The notes beneath the pieces were generated by a model. The model saw nothing but the letters and a program-made list of their open reading frames with translations, was not told the DNA's origin and ran no database searches. From the NCBI GenBank assembly GCA_010015585.1, contig ML975154.1: DNA of 64,000 nt. The stretch is one strand, 5' to 3'. The stretch's first letter is position 1. Each line of letters opens with the position of its first letter. Origin of the DNA: Eremomyces bilateralis CBS 781.70. Its lineage: Eukaryota. The translations under genes were made by a program, and so were the position numbers. Below, piece after piece: positions 12,983 to 27,300 of the stretch.

Positions 12983-15810
12983 ATGGCATCCGGTTGGGGA
13001 ACGTCCCGGGGCCGAGGAAATTATTCCCATGACAGTCCTTATTTAGAGCGGCATGGATCTTGGGATGAGCATGGCGTCAACTTTGAAGGTATTGAGGAGA
13101 CAATAGAAATAGAGTGCGAGGATGAGAGTGAAGAGGATGAGAGTGAAGAGGGTGAGAGTGGAGAGATTGATGGAAGTGAAAGCCTATCCCACACAAGAGC
13201 AGACACTATCCCAACCACATACAGAAGATTCCGATCGCGGACTCCATCGTGGTCTCGACTCGTACCTTCAGTACGGGTAAGGAATCGCGAAGAGACAGCT
13301 CAAGACGACCGCAAAAGACTGACATCGAACTTGTCTCTACCATGGCCTCCAAATTTGTCTGTGAAAGGGACTGAAAAGGCGAAGGCGGATGGTATGTCAG
13401 AGCTCGCTCTTCACAGTGGGAGCGAGAGTCACATAGACGAAGAGCATACGATGGCCGCCTTTCGAGTAAATCTGTCACCACTTCGAGAGTATCTGGCAGT
13501 GGAAGGAATCGAGAGTGTTGAAGAGCTACTGGAAACGTTGACTTTCACAGTATCCCAGCACGGTGATTGCATTGCTTTAGAATGTCGTGAGTACATCCAA
13601 CACACCTGGGGTAAATTCGGCGACTTTCTTGCTCGCCCCTTCTTTGACTGCGTTCTTTCGGGCTCTTCAAATTTTGAAATATTCACCGAGGACGACTTCC
13701 CCGGTAAGAATCGCTTCTCACGTGCCCTACTTCTGGGCTTATGGGTCCATCCAGGGTAGATGAATTTGATGGCTTGATGCGTTTGATGATAATCACCCGG
13801 GGTCGTTGGGGATATGCTTCAAAGCCGTCAGTTTCGTCCACCTAGATGGTCTCATACGTTAATAAATCACTTTGGGGATTGGCTAAACTGTACTATAGTG
13901 ACCATTTTCATATCTAAGGATTTAGCCACCGGTACCACAAACGCCAAGGTGGAAGTGATTGGCCACTCATCATTCCTCACCAAAATCGGAGATATTCTCA
14001 GCTGGATCAGTTCGACGATGACCATTTCAACCCAAGGTAGCTATATCTATACCACTGCCTCTACCCAAAAGGATGCGATGTCCGATTGGTTGTATGTTTC
14101 ACCATTCACCATACCATCAGAACCTCTGGGTAGTAAAGGGCCCCCTCCGGATCGATGCTGGTCCAAGGCCCTTAATAGAACCATAATCGCACACGGCTTT
14201 CCTGTTCCGGCTCGAGATCGCTTTGCCAAAGGGCTCGAAATCGCATTTGACGCACTGTTGGGGATTTGTGGAATTGAGAATGCACTTCTTCGAGAGGGCT
14301 ATATTATATTCGTTGGCCTAAGCACACTACTCGTGCCTACGCGAATTCTGGAAGCCGGTTCTGTGCAGTGGCATCTTATTACTGCCCCTGGCCCTGAACT
14401 CATGAGGATATTTGACGGCCTCCAAGAGAAGATCTCCTTATTCGTAGCTCTTGGTTTCAATCCCAATCCTGATGATCAAGCAATGGCTGAATCTGAAATC
14501 TCATTACTTAAAGATGACCTGAGAAAACGCCGTCATTTTTTGGGCTGGACCTCTGAGGTTCAAATCGTTATAGGAACAAGAGAAGCACGATATCCGTTTC
14601 AGGGCTACACTGGAACGAAAGAAAAGGCAACAAGCAAAATCGCGGACACTGATACATTCTCTGCAGGGATTCCTGGGAAAGGGTTTTCTCGGTTTCCCTT
14701 GCCAGGAGCTATAAGCTCAGGTCGAATCGAATGGGACGATTTCCTCTAGCTAACCGAGAAGCTAGATATGACGAAGAACTGGATAATCATCGTGGTGACC
14801 AGATATTGCTGTACGACCCGGAAGAAAAGAGGGGCTGGCTTGTCCCATACCACAGCGTTCTATTGCACATGGTGCTTCATCGAGCATTCCTTAACCGGCG
14901 TCTCAGGCCAGAGAGTAGAGACATTCCCTATGCAGCTAGCTATGATGGAGAAGAAAGCGCCATGAAAGTCCTCGGTACTCAACGTACGGTATCTCTCCTT
15001 CCCGGACAAGAAGACGGCCGACGGGAGAACCAGTCCGCGTTCGAAGATTACACGCTGGGCGATTCAGTCAGACAGATGATCTACCGGATATATAACGTCC
15101 ATCCAACCCCTTCCATAACCAAGTTTGGGGCGAAGGAGACCCTACTTGGATACGAATTCCTCGACCTCATCAAAGGAAATTACCGCATGAAACAGGACTC
15201 CATCCCTTCCCACGGAGGTTGGTCGGTGCTCACTCGAGATGTCCCCGTCGTCCTTTTCTGCTCAGGCCTGGGCGATGTCCTCCGACCAGTAAACAGTGGA
15301 CACCAGTTGTGTCCCAGATGGAAAACCCTCCCGATGGGTGCGTATTTGCTCGGCGCACCACGGAGCGGCTTGCGATCTCTCGCAAAGAGCAATGGAAGCG
15401 GTAACGAAAGACAACATCTGGTCCAAGGCTATGTGTGGTGCAGTTCGACCGATGGGATGGAACACTCCTGTACCTCAGAGGAAACTGGTTGCAACCAGTC
15501 CCTCTCAAAAATCCGGAAGGCTCGATGGGTGGCGGACGACGAAGCGGTGAATGAAGACTCCATGTCATCGGAACCGAGAGGAGCAGTTGTTTTCGGGGAT
15601 GCCAAGTGTTTGTCAAAGGTTCTTAGCAACGTGAATACAAGGTTGGCGCTGACATCGGCTCGAGAAACTATGGAGATCGAAGTGAGTTCAGTGGGCGATG
15701 GTCAGGCCAGTCTACAAACGAAGCTTGTTCGTGATCATGAACAGGCCGGGCGATACGTTATATCCCCCCAGGTTCTTGAAGAAAGGGGAATAACCAACGG
15801 CCTTGCCTAA
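12983..15810 (+). CDS. Large uncharacterised fungal protein with one apparent frameshift (possible pseudogene or assembly indel)
   Basis: An intron at 13704-13898 joins the first two ORFs in frame. Motifs CW..ALNRTIIAHGFPVPAR...GLEI, LLVPT..SVQWHL, LLYDPEEKRGWLV and VLFCSGLGDVLRP resemble a recurrent ascomycete family of unknown function. The frame changes near 14684. Confidence 0.7.
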
Positions 15811-16740
15811 TATAACGTGCTTGCTGTTTAGGTAGAAGATGGTCTTTGTAGGAGTTTAATATCGATGTATTCTCTCTGAACAACTCTACTCTGCCGCCAC
15901 AAATTTTGAGTGATATAGCACAAATGCGAAGGAAATGAAATGTAACTAGTGGAACCATGACAACCGAAATGTAGAGTGACAGTATCCCAAACAAACAAGC
16001 AGTGATTCGATGCCCCTAAACCAGCAACAGCACTGATAATCACCAGATTCCTCTCCCTCAACTTCATATCCCCAGATTTTCAAACCATTCTCAGCGGGAA
16101 ACTGAAGAGTGGCCCGATGGTAGTAGTTGCATTAACACTGCACCGAAATGCGCCACCTATACACTGCCAGTACTAGCTGGAAAAATCGGCGTCCACCGGA
16201 GGACACCTCCAATACATCCCAATGTGGGTGGGGGGCAAGTTTTGAGGATGGGAGGACACCGTTACACCTAGGGCCTGCGGAGCTCATAGATTTTGCTGGT
16301 TGGCCTTTTGGTTTTGGTTGATGGGGTTTTGGGAGTAGTCGGCTACGATTTGGGACCTGGAAAGGCTGGATATCGGGCGGTAGGGGAGAGCAAGGGGAAG
16401 GGGATACTGAGAGGTACTTCAGGGACATTGCGAGGTACATAAAGTGGTAGGAAGGGTGAATTCGCGGTGGCAATTCCTATTAGTAGGAGGCCATGAGTTC
16501 AAGTCCAAGACGCGCCTTTTATTTTCCTTTTCTTCGCTTCTCAGTCAGCTAAGAACTCCTATAGCAAAGCCAAGTTCTATATAGTTAACGTAAAACGCTT
16601 AGTAGATCTTACAGCCGCCCAAGTAATGCTCGCTCAATTTGGCTCAATCAATTTGGCTCGCTTCTACATTGTTGATCAATTTCTTCGGTCCATAGGACAT
16701 TACAGCCAGCATCCTCCTCTCTTCCTAGTAGCACCCCTGT

Positions 16741-18619
16741 TTATGAATGCGTCGGCATGTTCACTGAGGCCTTGGTGGCAACGGCGTCCTCGCTTCTCCA
16801 GTGGCTCGTAACGGTCTGCGAAGGTATGTCAGTTCTCGATCTACATTGCGAACAACGATGGACCTACCTTGGTCTGTGTGTAGAAGTTGATTCCAGGCTT
16901 GCCATAGAAGGTGTTGGCTCCGCCTCCAGCGATACTCGCCTTGTTTCCAGTGAAGGAGAACATCTAGTCAATGTTAGTCAAAGCTAGCAAGTCACTAGAT
17001 AATTGGACTTACGGGAAGGGGCACAGGGATCGGCACGTTGATACCGACCTGACCGGCTTCGATCTCGCTCTGGTACTTGCTCGCAGACGGGCCAGATCGA
17101 GTGAAGATGGCAGTGCCGTTACCGTACTCGTTGTTGTTCGACATCTCGATCGCCTCATCGATGGTGTCCACGTTCAAGCACACCAAAACCGGCCCGAAGA
17201 TTTCCTCCGTATAGCACCGCATATGCGGCTTCACGTTCGCGATGACGGTCGGTCCGATGAAGTTCCCATTCGGGTACTTCTCCGGGTGCGCGCCCCGTCC
17301 ATCCAATAAGATCGTCGCTCCCTCCTTCTCCGCGCTCGCGATCACGTCCTCGATCCGGCGCTTGGCCTCCGGGCTGATCACCGGTCCGAGATCCGCACTC
17401 TCCTCAAACCCTCCGTTGACCTTCAGCTCCTTCGCCCGCTCGGCAATCTCGCTCACCCATTCCTTCGTCTCACCAACCATCACGCACACGCTCAACGCCA
17501 TGCACCTCTGCCCAGCAGCACCGAATGCCGCGCCCAAAATGGCGTTCAGCGCGTGGTTCTTATTGCAGTCGGGCAACACGGTCGCGTGGTTCTTCGCGCC
17601 GAGATTGGCCTGTACGCGCTTCCCATTGGCAGAGCCGCGGGAGAAGATGTACTCGCCGGCCTTGTTGCTCCCGACGAAGCTGATGGCCTTGATGGATGGG
17701 GCGTCGAGGATGAAGTTGACGGTCGGGGCGGCGCCGTGGACGACGTTGATGACGCCCGGGGGAAAGCCGGCTTCGGCGGCGAGCTCCATGAGGATCATGG
17801 CGGCGCCGGGGTCGCGCTCGGAGGGCTTGAGGATGAGGGTGTTGCCAGTCATGGTGGCGACGGGGATGCACCAGAGGGGGATCATGGCGGGGAAGTCTGG
17901 TACGGTTAGCAGAGTTGAGATTTTCGGGATGGGGTTCAAGACGCACTGAAGGGGCAGATGGCCGCAACCACGCCCAGCGGCTCCTTATACGTCCTCGTCT
18001 CCATATCCTTCGACACCTCCAATACCTCCCCCATCATGCTCGTAATCCCCGTGGCCGTCTCCGCTACCTGCAACCCCCGGAGCACATCACCCTTCGCATC
18101 CGCGAACGTCTTTCCCTGCTCCAGCGTGATGCTCGCCGCCAACCGATCCCAATTCTGACGGATCAGCGCCACGTACTTGAACATGATCTGCTGCCTCGAC
18201 AGCAACGTCACCTTGCTCCAGCTCTTAAACGCCTTCTCCGCGCTTGCGACCGCCGCTTTGAGCTCCGCGTCCGTGCTCTGCGGCACGCGCGTCACCAGGT
18301 TGTTCGTCGCCGGGTCGTGCAGCTCGATCCATTGCGAGGCCTGCGACTGCACGAACTGGTTGTCGAGGAAGTACGGGGTGTCGGGCGGGGACGCGATCTT
18401 CTCGTGGGAGTGCGGGAAGTCGGTCGTCGTGGAGGGGAGGGCGACGGCGGAGGCCTGGAGGTGTCGAGCGGTGGCATGGAGCCGTCGCGCGGCGATCATG
18501 GACGGGGAAGCGTTCGAGGGAGCCATGGTCATGCGGGTGGTGAGGGAGGGGAGTTGCTGTGAAGTTGCTCGCTGGGTCAGCGAGCTTATGTTTCGGGAGA
18601 ATGCACGACGAGCGGCCAT
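16741..18619 (-). CDS. mmsA: Methylmalonate-semialdehyde dehydrogenase (ALDH6 family), mitochondrial, 4 exons
   Basis: R/S-rich presequence. Motifs [13 protein letters not shown] (spliced), [42 protein letters not shown] and [14 protein letters not shown]. Exons ~18619-17947, 17896-17013, 16963-16868, 16815-16741. Confidence 0.96.
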
Positions 18620-19416
18620 GGTTGCGTAAACGAACAGGTCAGATGGTGGCTTGAGGGATGATAAGCAGTTCGCGCAATCATTAGAACTATATCTTCCCAG
18701 GATGTTTCCGCTAATTGGGGCAATCCGTCCCTTTTATGAGCGATGCCGGAGACTGTTAACGACGCTACGTTCTGCGGTTCCAAGTCCGGTTGAAAGATGG
18801 TGGGTTTATACCGTGGGAATGGATAAGATGCACCGACGCTTGCCGAGAGGCGGGGCCTGTACGGGGCCGAGCGACTCATCCGGGGACGCGGAGATATGCT
18901 GGATGCCAGCATCTTGGGAGGCTGGAATGGCTTAAATCGCACAATCTAGATTCTATAGATACTAATTCTACCGGTACGGCAAAGAAATCTTATGTGTTGT
19001 GGGCTCGGATAGCAATTGGCTTAAACAGTAACACTGTTTGGAATCGCAAGGTGGAGTGCTTATCTTGTCCGTGGTTGAACGACTCCGCTAGCTAATTACT
19101 GTATCGGCCATATCCGACCCTCGTCCCCTTACCACCATCTATGCTGAACCTTCTACATACTGTAAAGATTCATCTTGCTCACCCTAGGGTTCTTAACTCA
19201 AAGATAGCGTACAACTCATCAACGAGTTCGATAGAAGGTGAGAGTTTACTTGATAGTGTACGTCAAGGGAAGAGAGGCTTTATCACTTCAAGTATTCGGT
19301 AGTGTTGGAGTAGATAGGAAGATATCTGTGTCAGATACAATAATCACCACATACAAGGGGAACAACTGATATTCAGCAAAGCAACAGACCTAAATGAAGT
19401 ACTCGTTAGCATAATC

Positions 19417-20586
19417 TCATCGAAGACTCCATCCATTCCCTCCCCTTTCCTTCGCGTTATATGCTGGCGGCGGGTCCGTCACATCCGCACCAGCTAACGG
19501 CACATAGTTGCCTACCCCGTACGGCTGTCCACCCTCCGTTCCAAAGACCATCACGATCGGTGGTGATGCCGAATTCGACACCGGGTTGAGTTCCACCGGC
19601 GTCTGGTTCCGTCTCTTTCGCCTCCTCCCACAGTAGGTAATACATACGCACAGCGCGGAAAGCGCTGTGGCGACGCTGGCGAGCACGATGGCTACGATCA
19701 CGCCAGTGGGAAGACCGGATTTCGAGTTCGATTCCGATTTGGAGGTTGGTAGGGGCCTTGAGGACGTTGAGCAAATCATAAACATGCGAGTGACGGAAAG
19801 GGGGGGAAGGGATGGGCGTACAGGAATGGTGGCAACTCGATATTCTCCTTCTTTAGATGCTCGAGGACGGGTACGTCGGTGGCTTGCCAGCCGACCACGA
19901 TCCCGTTGGCCGAGACGGTGAAAGTCCCGTACTCTCTACTCGTCTCAAACATCGGCAATGACGTCGGCTGCACGGTGGGCCATCCCGGCGTCATGGACCA
20001 GACATTCGTCAAGGCATCCGTTTTCCGCTGGCACCCGGGATAGTAGTAGCTCGCCGATTCGCCCGTTCCGTAGGCCTCGGCTTTGTATCCGCTCGGACAG
20101 CACAGGAACCTCGTCACCGAGCTCGACTGCGTTGCGGTGGTTTTGTAGCTCCACAAGGTGACTGTCTACCGGTTAGAGCGACGGATTCAACTTGGGACAA
20201 TGACACTGACAGGGCGCTGCGTACTCATATCCGCTCGGGCAGATCCCCGGCGAGTAATACGCTGCTTCCGATACATATCTATCAGTCGGCCACAGCGGCG
20301 TCGTGCTCAAGCCCGTCGGCGTCGGGAAGACGGTCGTATACCCTGTGATGGTCGCAATCTCCGCGTCGCCCGACCCCGTCCGGATCTCCACCAACGGGGA
20401 CACCGTCGCCGAGCCCGTGGGCGTCGGGAGCAGCGACGGGTAGCACGAGATGTCGATCCCGACGTCTGTCATGAAGCCCATGAAGTAGGTGCGGTCGCCC
20501 CACATGGTGGTGGTCGAGAGGCATGATGCGGGGGGCGTCCAGAGGGTGGACAGCGGCCCTTGGGTGAGGAGGGTCCTGACGACCAT
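19417..20586 (-). CDS. Fungal Thr/Ser/Cys-rich single-pass membrane protein (hypothetical), probably 3 exons
   Basis: LSTLWTPPASC..CYP..YYSPGICPSGY..CCPSGY pattern, a TM helix (GLPTGVIVAIVLASVATALSALCVCITYC) followed by RRRKRR, and a cytosolic PPPAY motif. Confidence 0.75.
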
Positions 20587-21637
20587 GATCGCAGCAAGTC
20601 AAATCGCAAAACGCAAAAGTGAAGAAACTCGGAAATGCGGTACGGACGATGCGAGAACATGATAGGGAGCACGACGTTAATATGCACTTACCTGGTCATC
20701 GCCAAGATGATCGCGAGGACAGGTCGATCGCGTTCCTGCGCCTGCGATCCGGCTACACCAGTGAGTAGCCCCTATACGGCCAAGAAACGCGGATGGCGGC
20801 GCTTGGCGCTCCTTTTCGAATACGAAGAGATGGAGGTACTATTCCGATTTCCGAAGGTTCCGCGGAGGCGGCCAGCAAATGCCATTGGAAGATTTGTGGG
20901 ACGCAGAGATGGACGACGCCTCGTTGCGGTTGGGGCGTTGGGCGGAGCCTGGGTACGAGGCAATTTCATATTGCTTGTAGTTTTGTAGTGAGCTAATAGT
21001 GATAATACAGAACATGGCCCGGGGGGAGGAGCTTGGCGGGATGCTTGCGCCTTGCGTGGCGCTGGGAGGAGGGGGCTGAGTGGCTGGCACCGCCAAGCAG
21101 GGGCTAGTCCGTCTCTCCTGGTAGAGACTTGGAGCTGTCAGTATCGATCATCGTCTCATCTATCACCACCAACTTATCCAGATCATGCGCTTGGGAAGGA
21201 GAAGATGAGAGAATCTTCGAGCCCCAAGGACGTAAATCCGCTTCCCGCTGAAAATGCCGTCACCTCGACATCAAATGCCATCAAATGGTATTCAAACACC
21301 TGCAATTGGAAAATGTTTAAGTACAGCCGGGTCTGCTCTCTAACTAAAATATGGGAACAATAATAAGCAGAAGCAGCAGCAGCAAGCAGCAGATATCTCA
21401 AACGAACGCCTCACTTTTCGGGGGGAAATCCGTCGGTGCCTTCAACCATCATGCACCGCAATGAATCCATTCCTCGACATCGCATCTCGCTGACGTGCCC
21501 TCGCTTTCTCTTTCTTTCACTCTCCCGTCGCTTCGGATGTTCATGATAACGTTCGAAAATCAGGGGGTAAATTAGCAACCGGTCTACTGTTCTGTACCCC
21601 TCAGATTGGATGCGATGCGTCCTCCATCCACGTCCTC

Positions 21638-23510
21638 TCACGACGACGACCGCGTCGCCCGCTTCGTGGCCTCCGCCTTCGCATTCTCCGCACCGGTCGC
21701 CACTGCCTCCGCCGCCTTCTCCTTTCCACCAACGGCCGCCTTCTTTGCCTTCTCCTTCACCGGGGGGGGTGCGCTACCGCCGAAGAGCGCAGACGCGAGG
21801 ATCGCGACGATGGTGATGGCGAGGACGCCGATGCCGCCGGCGACTTCGGGGACGAACTTGATGGCTTCGACGGGGTCGGTCTTAGCAATGGCGACGAAGA
21901 GCTCGACCTTCTCGCGGATATAGGTGACGGGGTCCTCGGCGAAGGTGGTCTCGCCGGGGGGCTTGGGCGCCTCTTCGGGCTTGGGACGGGTGGCTTCTTC
22001 TTCGGCCTTTTCGGCGGCGAGCTTGAGGGCGAAGGACTCCTTCTGGAGGGCGTCTGCGTCAGCGACGGAGTGGCCGATGTAGATGTTGTCGAAGAGGACG
22101 TCGTTCTGCATGGTCCAGAGCTCGAAGCCGATCTAGGTCTGTCAGCAAGATATTCGGGGTAGAATGACGGCATGGAACTTACCGCGCCAATTGGCTCGAA
22201 GTTAGCCGGAGTCTTGTCCTCGTAGTAGTTGGGGTTGGCGATCTTCTTTGGCTTCCAGACGCCCTTGTAGGCCGGGTTCTCGATGTACGGCGCGGTCCAC
22301 TTGCCCTTGTACTCGACGTTCTTTATCATCGGGCGCACCCAAGGACCACAGCCCGACGCTTCCTCGCACTTGGGGTTGGGGACCGTCGGCGGGACCCAAT
22401 CACCATCCTCCTCGTCATCCCAGTCCTCGGGTTTCTCAGCCTCCGGGTCGGGGATCGCAATCGGCTCATCCTCCAGCCAGTCTTCCGGCTTGGTGGCTTC
22501 CAGATCCTCGATCTCGTACGGGGCGTCCTCGTCCCAGTCCTCGGGCTTCTTGGCCTCGGGGTCGGGGATGCGCGCGTCATCAACCCACTCTTCCGGCTTG
22601 GTGTCATTGGGGTCATCAATTTCCTTCTCGGGGTTGACGGCAGGGGTGAAGTCCTCCAAAAGACTGCCGTTCTTGGCGCTCTCGCCGTCGATCTTGATCT
22701 CGAAGCTCTGATCCGGGCGGACAATCAAGGTGTACAGCGAAGTGGTTTTGACGACACGAGCCATCGGGGGGCTCTTGAGGTGCTTCTCCTCATATTCGCC
22801 GGTCTTGGGGTTCTTGTGACGGAAGATAAAGTGGACCTATAGCAATCAATTAGGTCAAGTCCATCGCTGCTGCATGAATATTCCGCTCACCTTGTTGGTA
22901 GCTCCGCACTTGTCGGGGCCAAACATGATCACATAGGGAGAAGAATTCGAGAACTCCTCCTTGCCAAGCGCCTTGTTGTTCTGAAGAAGCTTCAAATAGG
23001 CGCCACCACACTCCAGACCGTTCTGAAGCTTGACCTCGTATTGAACGACCAGGTCCTTCTTCTTGGGGTCGATTGGCTTTTGGAACTTGGCCGAAATGGC
23101 ATGATGAGCCGCCTTGTCCTTCAGGACCAGGCCCTTATCACCCTCCATGCCCTTCAGCACGGTGGGCTCCTCGACCGACCAGGTTCCCACATACGCCCAT
23201 TCTTCCTCCGACGATTTGTCGTTGTCCTTCTTGGCATGAGAGACCTTCCATCGAGTATCCCAATCATCGGTGAATTGCTCAAGGAACGGTGCTTTCAACG
23301 TGGTCGGCTGTAGCTCATCAGCATTGGCAGCTCCGGAACACAAACAACTTGTGTCACCTGGGTTAGGGACAGTCAACTTACTGTGAAGGTAGGCTTTGCG
23401 ACGACGGAGGACGAAGCAACCACTGCTGAAACATCCTCATCGAGTAGTATGTCATCCGCGCGAGCAAAGCCCGCAGCCAGCAGCGCCGGAGCAAGTGCGA
23501 GCAGCTTCAT
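21638..23510 (-). CDS. cne1: Calnexin
   Basis: Signal peptide [18 protein letters not shown], motifs [10 protein letters not shown] and [10 protein letters not shown]-domain repeats [31 protein letters not shown] and a C-terminal TM helix. Three introns. Confidence 0.97.
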
Positions 23511-24356
23511 GATTGCGTGGCAAGAGGGAAAAGGGAAGCTCTCAAATGCAGCACGAAAGGAGCGAAGGGCGAGAGAGGTGTAATACGGTGGTCAAAAGCC
23601 AGAATTGGCGAAGGGCAAGAAAGGGACAAAGATCAAGTAGCAATGGGGGAACGGAGTGGTGGTGGAATTATTTAAGGCGGACCCTTGATAGGTGAAGACA
23701 CGTTTTCAAAATGGCGGAAGAGCAGTTGAGGTTGGAAGCCAGGGACGGGGAGGTGGACAGGGGACAGGGGAGGGGCTGGTGCTGGTTGATGCACGTGTGC
23801 TTAGTGGTGTCTGTGGAGTGTGGTGTGCTCAGATGCTTCTGGAAGTTCGTGATGAAAATCGTTGGGGAAACGTTGCATGTTCATGTACCTAGAAGATATG
23901 TAACTAATTCCAGTTCAATGACTAACTTAGTTAATAAGAGTAACTAATATCATCAATATCAAGATAGCTCCTCCCTGGATAGTTACCCACAGCTTGAGAC
24001 CCTCGACCGAATACCGGAGATCAGAATCACATGATGAAGGAAGGGTTCAAACATCCCAAGGCTCCAAGGCTGAATGTGCCCGTCTGCGTTTATTCTCAGG
24101 CATCAAGGCGTATAGGCATTCAGGCGTCCAGGCAGTCAGGCAGTATATTAGTATCATCAAACGACATGGGGGCAATTTGTAGATCGCGAACCAGAAAAAA
24201 AGTTCGCGGAATTGCTGGAAGCTTGAAAACACGGCGCATAGGATCTTTGGGGTATTTCTCCAATTTCTCCAATTCCCTGACTTTAGCGGAGGTGTTCCCA
24301 TCTGGAGGTTGTAAAAAGCTCCCGAGAAAGGCTTGTACGCCTTAACATCTTTCAAC

Positions 24357-27300
24357 ATGGTTAAGAAAGCAATGTATGTGCATCTGGCTGGCAGAATTGA
24401 AAATATAGAACTAATTGATTCCCTTCTAGTGACTCAAGGATTCCAACCTTGATCCGGAATGGAATTCAGGTAAGTCTCATGTTATATTACCTTCTTCGGA
24501 TCAATTGCTAACAATCCGTAGGAGAAGAAACGAAGCTTCTTCGTCGTCGTTGGAGACCGACAGAAGGATGTCATCGTCAACCTCTACCACATCCTACTGA
24601 ATATGGATGTAAAGAGGAATAAGCAAGTCCTCTGGGCATACAAGAATAAACTTCTGGGATTCACCAGGTTTGCCTCTCTTCGCGCTGCTGGCAGATTCTA
24701 TACTAACCCCTCCCAGCCACCGGCAGAAGCGCGAAAAGAAAATCAAGAAAGAAATCAAGCGCGGGATCAGAGATGCTGACACCGAAGATCCGTTCGAGTT
24801 GTTCGTCTCGACGCAAAGCATTCGGTATGTCTACTACAAGGAGACAGATAAGATTCTAGGTAACACCTATGGCATTTGTATCCTTCAGGACTTCGAGGCA
24901 ATCACGCCAAATCTGCTCGCACGGACGGTGGAAACCGTCGAGGGCGGTGGATTGGTTATCATCCTCCTAAAAGGCATGAACAGTTTGAAGCAACTGTATA
25001 CGTTGTCCATGGACATCCATTCGCGGTATCGAACGGAAGCCCATAACGATGTGGTTGCGAGATTCAACGAACGCTTCATTCTGTCACTCGGGAGCTGCGA
25101 GTCATGTCTCGTCGTCGACGACGAGATGAACGTCCTGCCCCTTTCGGGTGGTAAAAATCTCAAGCCACTACCCCCTCCGGAAGAGGATACCCCTCTGAGT
25201 CCCAACGCCAAAGAGCTGGCGGAGATCAAGGACCGTCTTGGGGACGCGATGCCGGTTGGCCCGCTCCTCAAATTGGCGAAGACGCTGGACCAAGCGAGGG
25301 CACTGCTCACTTTCGTCGATGCCATTGCGGAGAAGACGTTGCAGAGCACAGTGACCTTAACCGCCGCACGCGGTCGAGGAAAGTCTGCTGCATTAGGTAT
25401 CGCCATTGCCGCTGCGGTGGCGCATGGGTACAGCAACATCTTCATCACATCGCCGAGCCCGGAGAATTTGAAGACGTTGTTTCAATTCGTCTTCCTCGCT
25501 TTCGATGCGATGGAGTACATGGATCACACGGATTACACGATCATCCAGTCGACAAATCCGGACTTCAACAAGGCGATTGTCCGGGTCAACATTTTCCGGA
25601 CGCACCGTCAAACGATCCAGTACATCCAGCCTCAAGACGCCCATGTTTTGGGACAAGCGGAGCTGGTGGTGATCGACGAGGCCGCCGCGATTCCTCTTCC
25701 TTTGGTCAAGAAATTGATGGGGCCATACCTCGTCTTCATGGCGTCAACCATTAATGGTTATGAAGGCACCGGACGATCGCTCTCCTTGAAATTGATACAG
25801 CAACTCCGAGACGAATCAAGAGGAATCAGATCCAAGGGGGACACCGACTCAAAGACCGAAAGCAGCGGTCAAGTATCTCGCGCCCGATCACTACGAGAGA
25901 TCACCCTCTCCGAACCAATCCGTTACGGGCAAGGCGACGCGGTCGAGAAATGGCTCAACACCCTTCTCTGCCTGGACGCCACCCTCCCCCGAGCGAACCC
26001 CGCCATGCGAGGCGTCCACCACCCCTCCGAATGCCAACTTCTCTTCGTCAACCGTGACACCCTCTTCTCCTTCCACCCCGTCTCCGAAAAGTTTCTCCAG
26101 CAGATGATGGCCCTCTACGTCGCCAGCCACTACAAGAACTCCCCCAACGACCTCCAGCTCATGTCCGACGCCCCCGCCCACCAGCTGTTCGTCCTCGTCC
26201 CGCCCATTGACGAATCGTCCAGCCGCCTCCCGGAGCCCCTGTGCGTCGTTCAGGTGGCTCTGGAAGGCCAGATCAGCCGAGAGAGCGTGCTGAACAGCCT
26301 CAGCCGCGGCCAGCGCGCCGGAGGCGATCTGATCCCCTGGCTTGTCAGCCAGCAATTCCAGGATGAGGAGTTCGCCAGTCTTTCCGGCGCCCGCGTCGTC
26401 CGCATCGCGACGAACCCGGAGTATACGAACATGGGATACGGATCCCGCGCGCTGCAACTCCTCGTGGATTTCTACGAGGGCAAGTGTGCGAGCTTGTCGG
26501 AAGAAGAGCTGTCCGCGCCGCCGGAGATGGTTCGGGTGACGGACACGGAATTGGAGCACTCCACCCTGTTGCAGGACAACGTCCGCGTCCGAGACATCGG
26601 CTCGATGCCGCCTTTGTTCTCGCGCCTGGCGGAGATCCGCCCGCCACGGCTGGACTACGTGGGCGTCAGCTACGGGCTCACCTCGCCGCTGCACAAGTTC
26701 TGGAAGCGCGGGAAATTCGCGCCCGTCTATCTCCGGCAAACGGCCAACGACCTCACGGGCGAGCATACGTGCGTGATGCTCCGGACCCTGGATTCCGGCA
26801 CCACCGACCCGGAATGGCTCGGCGACTTCGTGCAAGACTTCCACAAGCGATTCCTCACTCTCCTCTCCTACCAATTCCGCACCTTCCCCTCCGTCCTCGC
26901 CCTCAGTATCGAAGAGTCCTCCCGCCTCGGCTTCACGCAATCCCCCACCCCGTTCGCCAAACCGGCCCTCGACACCGCCTTCTCCCCCTTCGACCTCAAG
27001 CGCCTTGACAGCTACGCCAACAACATGCTCGATTACCACGTCATCCTCGACCTGCTCCCGCGCATCTCCACCCTCTACTTCCGTGGCGCCCTGCGTGCCG
27101 ACGTGTCGCTCTCCGGCGTGCAGACCGCCCTCCTCCTCGCTCTAGGCCTGCAGCGCAAGCAGCTGGAGGAGCTAGAGAAGGAGCTCGGCCTGGGCGCGTC
27201 GCAGCTGCTCGCGATGTTCGTGAAGGTCGTAAGGAAGTTCAGTGGGCATTTCCGGTCTGTGTCGGCGACAGCGATCGAGGAGGGGATGCCGCAGATGGCG

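Noticed and set aside
12549..13046. Two same-frame ORFs separated by one TAA
   Set aside because: Could be a relic, but I recognise no homology and it overlaps the start of the downstream gene.
23600..24340. Possible UPRE-like (CACGTG) and RRPE-like (AAAAAAAGTT) motifs in the calnexin/NAT10 divergent promoter
   Set aside because: Plausible for these genes but too short to support without conservation data.
25891..27039. 382-aa antisense ORF inside NAT10, and similar antisense ORFs in mmsA, the Uds1-like gene and the ING gene
   Set aside because: Shadow ORFs expected from GC-rich codon usage on the real coding strand.
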